In this document: piece by piece, positions 28,145 through 36,235 of the stretch | How positions within the stretch are numbered: position 1 is the first letter of the stretch | How the letters are laid out: the number at the start of each line of letters is the position of its first letter | Origin: Candidatus Limivicinus sp. | GTDB lineage: Bacteria > Bacillota > Clostridia > Oscillospirales > Oscillospiraceae | NCBI GenBank assembly: GCA_045592365.1 | Contig: JAZNUQ010000073.1 | Coordinates: 18,912-82,911, forward strand | Length of the DNA: 64,000 nt | Direction of reading: 5' to 3' | Position numbers and translations under genes: made by a program | Notes under the pieces: model-generated | Told to the model about the DNA's origin: nothing | Seen by the model: only the letters and a program-made list of their open reading frames with translations | The model's database searches: none

Positions 28145-28180
28145 AGAATGCTCTGAGCCTATGCTCAGGGCATTCTTTAT
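28145..28180 (+). terminator. intrinsic terminator
   Basis: 14-bp stem AGAATGCTCTGAGC/GCTCAGGGCATTCT (one G-U pair) followed by TTTATT. Confidence 0.75.
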
Positions 28181-28195
28181 TGACGCGAAATCAAC

Positions 28196-28279
28196 ATTTA
28201 ACCAAAATGTTAAATAAGCTATTGACATGGACGCAGGTTTATGCTAATATACATTTAACAATTAGGTTAAATGTTAAAT
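28196..28279 (+). promoter_or_regulatory. promoter flanked by two ATTTAAC-N6-GTTAAAT palindromes (putative ArsR/SdpR operators)
   Basis: Palindromes at 28196-28215 and 28253-28272, plus an extra GTTAAAT half-site at 28273-28279. Between them: TTGACA (28222-28227), 17 nt spacer, TGcTAATAT (-10 at 28245-28250). Confidence 0.75.
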
Positions 28280-28291
28280 GAGGTGAGCGCA

Positions 28292-28558
28292 ATGGGACTT
28301 CAAAGCACACTAAAGGCTCTGTCCGACCCGATACGCCGGGAGATACTGGGAATGCTTAAGGCAGGCAGGCTCTCCGCCGGTGAGATTGGGGAGCATTTCC
28401 CGGTGACGGGGGCCTCGGTATCCCGGCATTTGTCGGTGCTTAAGGAGGCCGACCTTATACGGGACAGCCGGGAGGGAAAATTCATATACTACGAGCTTAA
28501 CGCCTCCGTATTGGAGGAGATAATGCTCTGGCTCAGTCAGCTGAAAGGAGATGTCTGA
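28292..28558 (+). CDS. ArsR/SmtB family transcriptional regulator (SdpR-like autorepressor)
   Basis: LKALSDPIRREILGML...SAGEIGEHFPVTGASVSRHLSVLKEADLI winged-helix pattern. Start at ATG 28292 after GAGGTG. Confidence 0.85.
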   Translation: MGLQSTLKALSDPIRREILGMLKAGRLSAGEIGEHFPVTGASVSRHLSVLKEADLIRDSREGKFIYYELNASVLEEIMLWLSQLKGDV

Positions 28559-28559
28559 T

Positions 28560-29642
28560 ATGTTCAAAAGGGAAAACCGTTTAAATCTTATACTGTCCTC
28601 TCTGGCAGTACTGCTGCCCATGGCGGCGGGACTTGTCTTCTGGGATAAGCTGCCGGAGCTCATGCCCCGGCACTGGGATCTCACGGGGCAGGCCGACGGA
28701 TACTCCTCAAAGGGCTTTGTTGTTTTCGTGCTGCCGCTTATTATGCTGGCTGCACATTGGCTTTGCATCCTCGTCACCGCAGCGGATAAAAAGAACCGTG
28801 ACCAGAACAAAAAGGTCTATAACATGGTGCTGTGGATAATGCCTCTGCTTACAAACGCTCTTGCGGTATTCTTCTGTGTGATAAACAGCGGCAGGGAGCC
28901 CTCCATGAGCATCACACTTATTGCCATGGCTCTTGCCTTTGTCATCATCGGCAACTATCTGCCCAAGTGCCGCCAGAACCGCACCATAGGCATCAAGATA
29001 AAATGGACCCTTGCCAACGAGGAAAACTGGAACGCCACCCACCGCTTTGCCGGGCGTGTATGGGTAATCGGCGGCATAGTGCTGCTGCTCTGCGCCCTGC
29101 TGCCCGAGAAGTATGCGATGACCGCCATGCTTATTGCCATAATCCCTCTGGCTGTGATACCCGCAGTTTATTCATGGCTCTACTACAAAAAGCAGGCGGA
29201 GACAGGCCGCGCCCCCAAAAAGGCGAAAATTGCCATGAGCAAAACCGAACGCACCATTTTCATAACGGTCACGGCTTTGGTAGCGGCATTTATCCTGTTC
29301 ATGTCCTTTGCAGCTAGGCTGAGCTTTGTCTATGATGAAAGCGCCCTCACCGTGGACGCTACGCTCTGGTCGGATATACGCCTTGAATATGCGCAGATTG
29401 ACAGCATTGAGTACCGCGCCGGGGGCGTACCCGGCAGCCGCATTAACGGCTACGGCTCCGGCAGGCTTCTGATGGGTCTTTTCAAAAACAATGAGCTTGG
29501 TACCTACACCCGTTACAGCTACACCAGATGCGAAAGCGCCATACTTATAAACTGCGGCGGCGACTGGCTGGTGCTAAGCGGCGAAAACGAGGCCGAGACG
29601 CAGTCCATGTACGAACAGCTGCTTTCAAGGCTTGAGCCTTGA
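28560..29642 (+). CDS. SdpI/YhfL family membrane protein with DUF1648-like N-terminus and C-terminal PH-like soluble domain
   Basis: N-terminal segment with a W-D-K-LP..MP.HW pattern and multiple TM helices containing N.IGI...WT (SdpI motif). A C-terminal domain of about 110 aa follows two further TM helices. Overlaps sdpR-like stop. Confidence 0.7.
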   Translation: MFKRENRLNLILSSLAVLLPMAAGLVFWDKLPELMPRHWDLTGQADGYSSKGFVVFVLPLIMLAAHWLCILVTAADKKNRDQNKKVYNMVLWIMPLLTNALAVFFCVINSGREPSMSITLIAMALAFVIIGNYLPKCRQNRTIGIKIKWTLANEENWNATHRFAGRVWVIGGIVLLLCALLPEKYAMTAMLIAIIPLAVIPAVYSWLYYKKQAETGRAPKKAKIAMSKTERTIFITVTALVAAFILFMSFAARLSFVYDESALTVDATLWSDIRLEYAQIDSIEYRAGGVPGSRINGYGSGRLLMGLFKNNELGTYTRYSYTRCESAILINCGGDWLVLSGENEAETQSMYEQLLSRLEP

Positions 29643-29658
29643 GAAAGGAGAAGAAATC

Positions 29659-30513
29659 ATGGTTCCGCTTACATCCTTATTTGCCTGCGTGGTCACGCTG
29701 CTTGTAAGTCTTGTGCTGCCGCCTGTAATTTTGCTTGTATTTGCCCTTAAGAATAAAAAGCAGGGCATTGTTTCCGCCTGGCTTTTGGGCGCCTGCGGCT
29801 TTGTGATGCCCCAATTGCTTATCCGCCTTCCTGTTCTGACATTTTTGCAGGGGCAGAGTTGGTTTGCCTCCTTTGCGGAAAACCATGCTTTTCTCTATGT
29901 GCTTTCCCTTGCCTTTACTGCGGGGCTTTTTGAGCTGGCAGGCCGCTTTGCCGCGGCCAAAAACATGGAGAATACACTGAGCCGCAAGAGCATCTCATTG
30001 GCCGTTGAGAACAAACTGAGCTGGAAGCGCGCTCTGGCTGCCGGCCTCGGTCACGGCGGCATAGAGGCAATGCTGCTTATAGGCATGACCTATGTAAACA
30101 ATCTCATATATATCGTGATAATTAACAGCGGCTCCTTTGAGGCCCTCCTCGCTCAGTCTGCTGCCCTTGGTGTGGATGTGAGCCGGCTTGAGCTTATTCG
30201 CTCTCAGCTTATCGGCAGCTCCCCCGCCCTGTTCCTGCTGGCAGGCTTTGAGCGGCTGCTGGCTATGATAAATCATCTTGCCATGAGTACTCTTGTGTGC
30301 TACGGCGTAGCGCACAAGAAGACAGGCGTCTGCCTGCTGCTCTGTCTTGTGATGCACACCGTTTTGGATCTGAGCACCGGCATCTCTCTGGTGCTGCCCC
30401 AAAACACCGCTTATCTGCTCATATATGCTATCCTTACGGTCATGGCTGTACTTTCCCTGCTTATTCTGAAAAGGCTGCACAGCCTTTGGCAGAAAGGTAC
30501 CCCCTGCCCATGA
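29659..30513 (+). CDS. YhfC family intramembrane metalloprotease
   Basis: Polytopic protein with FELAGRF, GHGGIEAM and ERLLAMINHLAMS motifs, matching the YhfC (DUF2324) E/H pattern. Start at ATG 29659 after AGGAG. Confidence 0.7.
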   Translation: MVPLTSLFACVVTLLVSLVLPPVILLVFALKNKKQGIVSAWLLGACGFVMPQLLIRLPVLTFLQGQSWFASFAENHAFLYVLSLAFTAGLFELAGRFAAAKNMENTLSRKSISLAVENKLSWKRALAAGLGHGGIEAMLLIGMTYVNNLIYIVIINSGSFEALLAQSAALGVDVSRLELIRSQLIGSSPALFLLAGFERLLAMINHLAMSTLVCYGVAHKKTGVCLLLCLVMHTVLDLSTGISLVLPQNTAYLLIYAILTVMAVLSLLILKRLHSLWQKGTPCP

Positions 30514-30523
30514 TAATTATGAT

Positions 30524-30560
30524 AAAAGCCAGACTGCCTTTGCAGTCTGGCTTTTACTGT
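30524..30560. terminator. bidirectional terminator
   Basis: AAAAGCCAGACTGC-ctt-GCAGTCTGGCTTTT between convergent genes. Confidence 0.8.
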
Positions 30561-30570
30561 TTTTGCCGGT

Positions 30571-31437
30571 TTATTCACCTATTATGCTGTCCATGGGGAT
30601 GTTCAGCAGATTTCCGCTGCTGCCGCCGTTAACAAGAGGCAGCTCGCCGTTCCAGTTGTCGATGAACTTATTCTCCAGCACGGCCTCGGTAAGGGATTCT
30701 GAGATAAGGCGGTTTGCCTCGGCCTCAGCCTCGGCACGGATAAGCTGGGCGTCAGCCTCGGCCTGAGCCCTGATACGCTCGACCTCTGCGGCGGCCTCGG
30801 CCTCGATCTTGGCAGTCTCCGCCTCGGTAAGGGCGCGAAGGCGGTTCTGCTCGGCTACCTGCTTTTCCTCAACGGCGTTGGTGAAGGCGTCGGTAAAGTC
30901 CATGTCCTCGATGGAGGTGCTGACTATCTCGATATTGTACTTTTTGAGGGAAGCGGTCAGCTCCTCCTCGATCTGGGCGGCAAGGTCGGTGCGCTGGCCG
31001 ACCAGAGCCTCGGCAGAGTACTTGGCGGTAACCACCTTGGTGGCCTCGGTGATGCAGGGAGTGATTACGGTATCGTAGTAGCTGATGCCGATGGTGCTGT
31101 ATATCACCTGAGCGTTTGCCTTGTTGATCTGGTAGTTCACGGTGAATACCATGCTTACCTCCTGAATGTCGGAGGAGAAGCAGGAGAGATTGACGGTCTG
31201 CTTCTGGATACGGTTATCCATCATCACTACCTTCTGCCAGGGCAGCTTCATATGTACGCCGGCGTCAAAGGTGTAGTCCTCAACGGAGCCGAAGGTGGTC
31301 ACAACACCTGTGTGGCCTGTGGGTACGGTGGTGACGCAGGCCAGAGCAATTATCGCCGCAACGACCAGCACCGCAACTGCAACAGCCAGTATGCCCACCT
31401 TTTTAACGGCGCGGGGATTTGAATTATTCACTTTCAT
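30571..31437 (-). CDS. prohibitin/SPFH domain membrane protein
   Basis: N-terminal TM helix, SPFH core, and an Ala/Glu-rich coiled-coil tail (AEAAAEVERIRAQAEADAQLIRAEAEAEA). Confidence 0.85.
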   Translation of the reverse strand: MKVNNSNPRAVKKVGILAVAVAVLVVAAIIALACVTTVPTGHTGVVTTFGSVEDYTFDAGVHMKLPWQKVVMMDNRIQKQTVNLSCFSSDIQEVSMVFTVNYQINKANAQVIYSTIGISYYDTVITPCITEATKVVTAKYSAEALVGQRTDLAAQIEEELTASLKKYNIEIVSTSIEDMDFTDAFTNAVEEKQVAEQNRLRALTEAETAKIEAEAAAEVERIRAQAEADAQLIRAEAEAEANRLISESLTEAVLENKFIDNWNGELPLVNGGSSGNLLNIPMDSIIGE

Positions 31438-31619
31438 TTTCCTTTCTATTTTGTGATTGAGTATATTTTAGCACTTTTATGTGCTGAATTTAAAAACAGA
31501 TTGTAAACATGAAAGCGGCCTGAAAAGGGCGCATGTTTGCGCTTTTTACCGTCGGCTTGACCCCGGCGTGAATTGCGTGCTAAAATATATTCAGAATTTC
31601 AAGAGAGGCAGGCATTCTC

Positions 31620-32243
31620 ATGAGTATGACCGTCAGCAAAGAACAGCTTGAGCTATGGGCAGAGGGAAATGCAAAAATTAAGGCTCTTACGCAGTCGGAG
31701 TATCTGCCCCTGCTGCTGGAAGCCTATGAAACGCTTGATACCGCAGCCCTTTTCAGGAGCCGCACTCACGGTCGGGGGCATATTGAGCGCACAATGCTGC
31801 TGGGGGCGCTGATCGCCCACGGAGAAGCACTGCCCGCAGACATTACAAGGCTTCTGCTTTTGTGCTGCTCATATCACGATGTGGGCAGGATAAACGACTG
31901 TGTGGACAATCAGCACGGTCAGCGTTCGGCAGACAAGATTCTGTCAGGGCCTCTGCAAATGAAATTCAGCCGTTTTTCGGCCTTGGACTTTTCCATTGCC
32001 CTTGCAGCGATAAGCGCCCACAGCATATCCGATATGCAGCTTGAGCCTATGATGAACCTGTACTCTATCCCGGCGGGTCTGCGCCCGCGCTGCCGCCTCC
32101 TTGCCCATAGACTCAAGGATGCGGACAATCTGGATCGGGTGCGCATTCACGACCTTGACCCACGGCATCTCCGCTGCCCCACGGCAATCGCGCTGGCAGA
32201 CGATGCACAGTGGATATTTGACAATTATCCCCACCGGGTATAA
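31620..32243 (+). CDS. HD domain-containing protein
   Basis: His...HD pattern: RTHGRGHIERT ... CCSYHDVGR ... DADNLDR. Confidence 0.65.
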   Translation: MSMTVSKEQLELWAEGNAKIKALTQSEYLPLLLEAYETLDTAALFRSRTHGRGHIERTMLLGALIAHGEALPADITRLLLLCCSYHDVGRINDCVDNQHGQRSADKILSGPLQMKFSRFSALDFSIALAAISAHSISDMQLEPMMNLYSIPAGLRPRCRLLAHRLKDADNLDRVRIHDLDPRHLRCPTAIALADDAQWIFDNYPHRV

Positions 32244-32247
32244 AGCC

Positions 32248-32277
32248 ATCCGCACCGAAAACGGTGCGGATTTTTCT
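32248..32277 (+). terminator. intrinsic terminator
   Basis: ATCCGCACCG-aaaa-CGGTGCGGAT followed by TTTTTCT. Confidence 0.85.
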
Positions 32278-32278
32278 G

Positions 32279-32307
32279 TTGACATTTTATACTGTGCGTT
32301 GTATAGT
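32279..32307 (+). promoter_or_regulatory. sigma-A promoter of padR operon
   Basis: TTGACA (32279-32284), 17 nt spacer, TATAGT (32302-32307). Confidence 0.75.
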
Positions 32308-32326
32308 ATTGCACGAGGTGAGGTAT

Positions 32327-32653
32327 ATGGATATACAGCTCAAGAGGGGTCTTCTTGAGGTCTGCGTGCTGGCGGCCATAAAGGATGAGGCCTCCTACGG
32401 CTACCGCATAATAAAGGACATAAAGCCCTTTGTTGAAATTTCGGAATCGACCCTCTACCCCATTCTCCGCAGGCTTGAGGCAGCGCAGCTTCTTACGGTT
32501 CGCTCGGCGGAGCATAACGGGAGACTGAGGAAGTATTATCAGATAAGCCCTTCGGGGCTCAGTCGGCTTGAGGCCTTTAAAGAGGAATGGAAAGAGATAA
32601 TGAGCATATATTCTTTTGTTACAAGGGAGGGAACGGAAAATGACCAGGGCTGA
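32327..32653 (+). CDS. PadR family transcriptional regulator
   Basis: LKRGLLEVCVLAAIKDEASYGYRIIKDI...STLYPILRRLE is the canonical PadR pattern. Start at ATG 32327 after GAGGTGAGG. Confidence 0.9.
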   Translation: MDIQLKRGLLEVCVLAAIKDEASYGYRIIKDIKPFVEISESTLYPILRRLEAAQLLTVRSAEHNGRLRKYYQISPSGLSRLEAFKEEWKEIMSIYSFVTREGTENDQG

Positions 32654-33227
32654 ATTTCTTTCGGAGCTTCGCCGGAGACTTGGCTCCCTGCAGGAGGCGG
32701 ACATACGCAGTTCTCTTGATTATTACGCAGAGATGATTGACGAGCGCATGGAGGATGGCATGACCGAGGCAGAAGCTGTTGAGGCCATAGGCGGCGTTGA
32801 GCAGGCAGCAGAGCAGATTCTGTCCGAAATCCCACTGCCCCTGATTATTAAAAGCAATGTGAAGCAGCGGGGAAAGCTGCGCCCGTGGGAGATCGTGCTG
32901 CTTATTCTGGGCTCCCCACTGTGGCTGTCTCTGCTGGCGGCAGTTTTTGCGGTGGCGCTGGCGGTATTTGTATCCTTGCTGGCGGTTATTATTTCCGTAT
33001 TTGCCGCAGCACTGGCACTGGCAGTCTCCGCCTTGGGTATTGCAGTGGGCAGCATAGTGCTTCTCTTTGTAAAGGGCTTTGTTCCCGCCATAATGTTTAT
33101 CGGCGCTGCCCTTATGTGTGCCGGCCTCGCGCTTTTGTTCTGGCCCCTTGTAAAGCTCATGTGGAAGGGGCTTGTGTGGCTTTGCAGCAAGCTCATTCTG
33201 GCTGTAAAGCGTTTCTTTGCAGGCTGA
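32640..33227 (+). CDS. DUF1700 domain membrane protein
   Basis: MTRAEFLSELRRRLGSLQEADIRSSLDYYAEMIDE N-terminal domain followed by TM helices. Follows padR, as is usual for this family. Confidence 0.8.
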   Translation: MTRAEFLSELRRRLGSLQEADIRSSLDYYAEMIDERMEDGMTEAEAVEAIGGVEQAAEQILSEIPLPLIIKSNVKQRGKLRPWEIVLLILGSPLWLSLLAAVFAVALAVFVSLLAVIISVFAAALALAVSALGIAVGSIVLLFVKGFVPAIMFIGAALMCAGLALLFWPLVKLMWKGLVWLCSKLILAVKRFFAG

Positions 33228-33238
33228 GGAGGTAGAAA

Positions 33239-34204
33239 ATGAAGTACAGAATTGTAATTATAGCTCTTGTTATCTTCGCCCTTGGCGCAGTGCTCTTTTT
33301 CGGCGCATGGGCAAGCATGGACTTTGGCTCTGTTGAGCTTTCCCCGGTGAAATGCGAAAAGAAAAGCCTTGTTATCTCCGACAGCTTTCACAGTGTATCA
33401 ATCACCGTGGCTGCCGACGATGTACACATCGAGCCCTCTCCCGACAGCATCTGCCGCGTGGAATACACTGACTGCAGCAGAGCGGTATACAAAATCTCCG
33501 TGGAAAATGGCTGCCTCACAATAAAGCAGGAGCATACCAAAGGCAGGAATGGGCGCGGCGGCATGGGGTTTTCCGTCGGCGCTGAGGACAATATGCTTAT
33601 TATATTCCTGCCCCGGGGAAGCTATAAGGAGCTTTGCGCAAATCTTGCCTCGGCTGACTTTTACGCAGGAGCCGGCTTTGACTTTGAGACTGCGGAGATA
33701 AACTCAGCCAGCGGTGATATGGACATTGGCGCCGTGGTCACCGGCAGCCTCAGCGCACACAGCGCCAGCGGTGATATGCGCGTAGGCGGCCTTGAGCTTG
33801 ACAGTATTGAGCTGGATACCGCCAGCGGTGATATTGAGCTGGGCGATATAAGCTGCGGCATAATTGAGATACAGAGCACCAGCGGTGACATTGAGCTGAG
33901 GGATGTAAGCTGCGGCAGCCTTGAGGTACAGAGCGCCAGCGGCGCACAGCAGCTTTACAATGTGCTTTGCAGGGCTGAGCTGAGGCTTGAAAGCACCAGC
34001 GGTGATATGCGCCTTGAGCGCTGCGACGCAGCCTCCCTTGAGCTTGAAAGCACCAGCGGCTATATATCCGGCATTCTCCTCAGCGGCAAGGATTTTGATG
34101 TTAGCAGCACCGGCGGCAGCATACGCCTGCCTGAAAGCTCCGGCAGCTGCAAATGCCGCATAAAAACCGTCAGCGGAGACATTGATTTTTCCATAGCGCC
34201 TTGA
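33239..34204 (+). CDS. DUF4097 family beta-strand repeat protein
   Basis: N-terminal TM helix, then repeated S(A/T)SGD(I/M) strands (about 8 copies). Third member of the PadR-DUF1700-DUF4097 triad. Confidence 0.8.
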   Translation: MKYRIVIIALVIFALGAVLFFGAWASMDFGSVELSPVKCEKKSLVISDSFHSVSITVAADDVHIEPSPDSICRVEYTDCSRAVYKISVENGCLTIKQEHTKGRNGRGGMGFSVGAEDNMLIIFLPRGSYKELCANLASADFYAGAGFDFETAEINSASGDMDIGAVVTGSLSAHSASGDMRVGGLELDSIELDTASGDIELGDISCGIIEIQSTSGDIELRDVSCGSLEVQSASGAQQLYNVLCRAELRLESTSGDMRLERCDAASLELESTSGYISGILLSGKDFDVSSTGGSIRLPESSGSCKCRIKTVSGDIDFSIAP

Positions 34205-34268
34205 ATTACACCGTGGTATGTCATATAATTTATGTGACTTACCACGGTTATCTTTATTGAAGGGAGAA

Positions 34269-34910
34269 ATGAATATGTTATTCGGAAACTGGTCCTTTGC
34301 CCCGGAAGCACAGCGGGCAATAGCCGCCGTGCGCGACCCGTCAAACTTCCATTGGTCAATCCTTACCCTCTTTGCCATCGTTATGATAATCTACTCCAAC
34401 GAGATTAAGGCGAAGAACTACAAGGCAGTTGCCTCGGCACTTATGCTGTACAGCATCCACTGGCTCTACGAGATTGCAAACGCGGTCATCTGCCACCTAA
34501 GCGGCTACGCTCTGTGGACGGTCTCCCCGGAGAGTACCAGCTTCATCCTGCTTATCGGCGTCAGCGCGGAGCTTTCACTGATGTTCTCCATCGCGGGCTT
34601 CACCTGCAAGCTGCTGCCCGAGGATAAGAACATGAAGATACTGGGCATCAACAACCGCTGGTTTTTTGGCATAGGCTTTGCCCTGTTCTGCGCCGTGTTT
34701 GAGATTTTCCTTGCATGGACACCGGCCTTTATCTGGGTCTACCCCTGGTGGGGCGCCCTGCCTGTGTTTGTCACCACCTATATTCCCTTCTTCGTGGGGG
34801 CATATCTTGTGTATGACCTGCCGGCAAAGAAGCAATTTGTTGCGGTGGGCAGCCTGATGGCGCTGAACATCGTGCTGCTTATGGTGCTGGTTCCTCTGGG
34901 CATTATATAA
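34269..34910 (+). CDS. hypothetical polytopic membrane protein
   Basis: About 213 aa with 6 hydrophobic segments. ATG 34269 is preceded by GGGAG. No recognisable motifs. Confidence 0.6.
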   Translation: MNMLFGNWSFAPEAQRAIAAVRDPSNFHWSILTLFAIVMIIYSNEIKAKNYKAVASALMLYSIHWLYEIANAVICHLSGYALWTVSPESTSFILLIGVSAELSLMFSIAGFTCKLLPEDKNMKILGINNRWFFGIGFALFCAVFEIFLAWTPAFIWVYPWWGALPVFVTTYIPFFVGAYLVYDLPAKKQFVAVGSLMALNIVLLMVLVPLGII

Positions 34911-34989
34911 AATATTGCAGAAATTCCGGCGTCGGCTCACATAAATATTTGCTATTTTGACTATTTTATGTGCTAAAGTGCAAAAACTG

Positions 34990-35018
34990 TTGACAAGAAA
35001 CTGTCACAGTCCTATAAT
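34990..35018 (+). promoter_or_regulatory. consensus sigma-A promoter of the metNIQ leader
   Basis: TTGACA (34990-34995), exactly 17 nt spacer, TATAAT (35013-35018). Confidence 0.85.
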
Positions 35019-35047
35019 TCAGGCATACCTAAAAGGAGCGAACAGCA

Positions 35048-35161
35048 ATGCGTTACACTTTTGTTGTTAACAGCATGATGGCTATGATGATGCGCATGTT
35101 CAGCATGTGCATGATGATGCGCGCCCGAATTTGCAGTTCGCTTTGTTTCACAGTCGTCTGA
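35048..35161 (+). CDS. 37-codon Met-rich leader ORF (MRYTFVVNSMMAMMMRMFSMCMMMRARICSSLCFTVV), candidate attenuator peptide
   Basis: AGGAG (35034-35038) lies 9 nt before the ATG. Codons 10-24 contain 10 AUG. The ORF sits between the promoter and the terminator, upstream of metN. It is below the 60-aa cut-off of the ORF track. Confidence 0.7.
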   Translation: MRYTFVVNSMMAMMMRMFSMCMMMRARICSSLCFTVV

Positions 35162-35182
35162 GTTCAGTATTGAATTTACATG

Positions 35183-35217
35183 ACCGGGAAGCATGCGAGC
35201 TTCCCGGTTTTTTTATT
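35183..35217 (+). terminator. intrinsic terminator (attenuator) in the metNIQ leader
   Basis: ACCGGGAAGC-atgcga-GCTTCCCGGT perfect 10-bp stem followed by TTTTTTATTT. It lies 21 nt after the leader stop and about 26 nt before the metN ATG. Confidence 0.85.
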
Positions 35218-35242
35218 TGTCCGGTAGGAGTTGAAAGAAAGA

Positions 35243-36232
35243 ATGATAGAGCTCAAACACCTCAGCAAAACCTTCCACACGACGGAAAAGGACATAGTCG
35301 CGCTGGAAGACATCAATCTCACCATTAACGACGGGGAAATATTCGGCATCATCGGTCTGTCCGGCGCCGGAAAAAGCACCCTTGTGCGCTGCATAAATCT
35401 GCTGGAGACCCCCAGCTCCGGTGAGGTCATAATTGACGGCAGCAGCATAACGGAGCTTCCCCGCAAGGAGCTTTTGAGGCTGCGCCAGAATATAGGCATG
35501 ATATTCCAGAGCTTCAATCTTCTGGAGCAGCGCAGTGTGCTGAGAAATGTCTGCTATCCGCTTGAGATTGCAGGCGTTGCCAAGGCTGAGGCCAGGGCAA
35601 GGGCTCAGGAGCTTTTAAAGCTGGTGGGTCTTGAAGACAGAGCCAAATCCTATCCCTCTCAGCTCTCCGGCGGTCAGAAGCAGCGTGTTGCCATTGCAAG
35701 AGCCCTTGCAACAAAGCCCAAGTATCTGCTTTGCGACGAGGCCACCTCCGCCCTTGACCCCAACACCACCCGCTCCATTCTTGAGCTGCTTAAGGAAATA
35801 AACGAAACGCTGGGCGTTACTATTATAGTGATAACCCACGAGATGAAGGTCATCGACCAGATATGCGACCGCGTGGCGGTCATTGACCAAAGCCATATCG
35901 CTGAGGAAGGCCGGGTCAGTCAGGTGTTCACCAATCCCCGGTCCCGGATAGCCCGTGACCTTATAATCCCCAGAGACAGGGCGGTGCTGGACACCAAGGG
36001 CGGCAGAAAGCTGCGCCTTACCTTCAATAATGAGTATTCAAACGCCCCTGTCATCTCCAACATGGTTCTGGAGTGTCAGGCGCCTGTAAATATACTTTTT
36101 GCAGACACCAAGCAGTTTGAAGATCACATCTACGGTCACATGATAATCGAGCTTCCCAGTGACCCCAGACAGGCGGACAAAATTCTTGTCTGGCTTAAGG
36201 GCAGCAATATTGAATGGAGAGAGGAGGTATAA
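35243..36232 (+). CDS. metN: methionine ABC transporter ATP-binding protein MetN
   Basis: MIELKHLSKTF start, Walker A GLSGAGKST, signature LSGGQKQR, and a C-terminal NIL domain. ORF track start (TTG 35231) replaced by ATG 35243. Confidence 0.9.
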   Translation: MIELKHLSKTFHTTEKDIVALEDINLTINDGEIFGIIGLSGAGKSTLVRCINLLETPSSGEVIIDGSSITELPRKELLRLRQNIGMIFQSFNLLEQRSVLRNVCYPLEIAGVAKAEARARAQELLKLVGLEDRAKSYPSQLSGGQKQRVAIARALATKPKYLLCDEATSALDPNTTRSILELLKEINETLGVTIIVITHEMKVIDQICDRVAVIDQSHIAEEGRVSQVFTNPRSRIARDLIIPRDRAVLDTKGGRKLRLTFNNEYSNAPVISNMVLECQAPVNILFADTKQFEDHIYGHMIIELPSDPRQADKILVWLKGSNIEWREEV

Positions 36233-36235
36233 ATA

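Noticed and set aside
33600-34150. Tandem nucleotide repeats of about 57 nt
   Set aside because: They lie inside the DUF4097 gene and encode its repeated S(A/T)SGD(I/M) beta-strand units. This is a coding repeat, not an independent element.
35012-35194. 60-aa His-rich ORF on the minus strand (…HHHAHAEHAHHHSHHA…), which could be read as a histidine leader or metal-binding peptide
   Set aside because: It is the mirror image of the plus-strand AUG run, because ATG reverse-complemented is CAT (His). The promoter, RBS and terminator all face the plus strand. No minus-strand gene lies downstream to be regulated, and it has no RBS of its own.
35019-35243. S-box (SAM-I), SMK-box or T-box riboswitch expected upstream of metNIQ
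   Set aside because: By eye I find none of the conserved cores: no T-box AANNNGGGTGGTACCGCG-like sequence, no specifier-loop architecture, and no S-box GAGGGA...GCAACC helices. The leader is instead occupied by the Met-rich ORF. A covariance-model scan is still needed to be certain.
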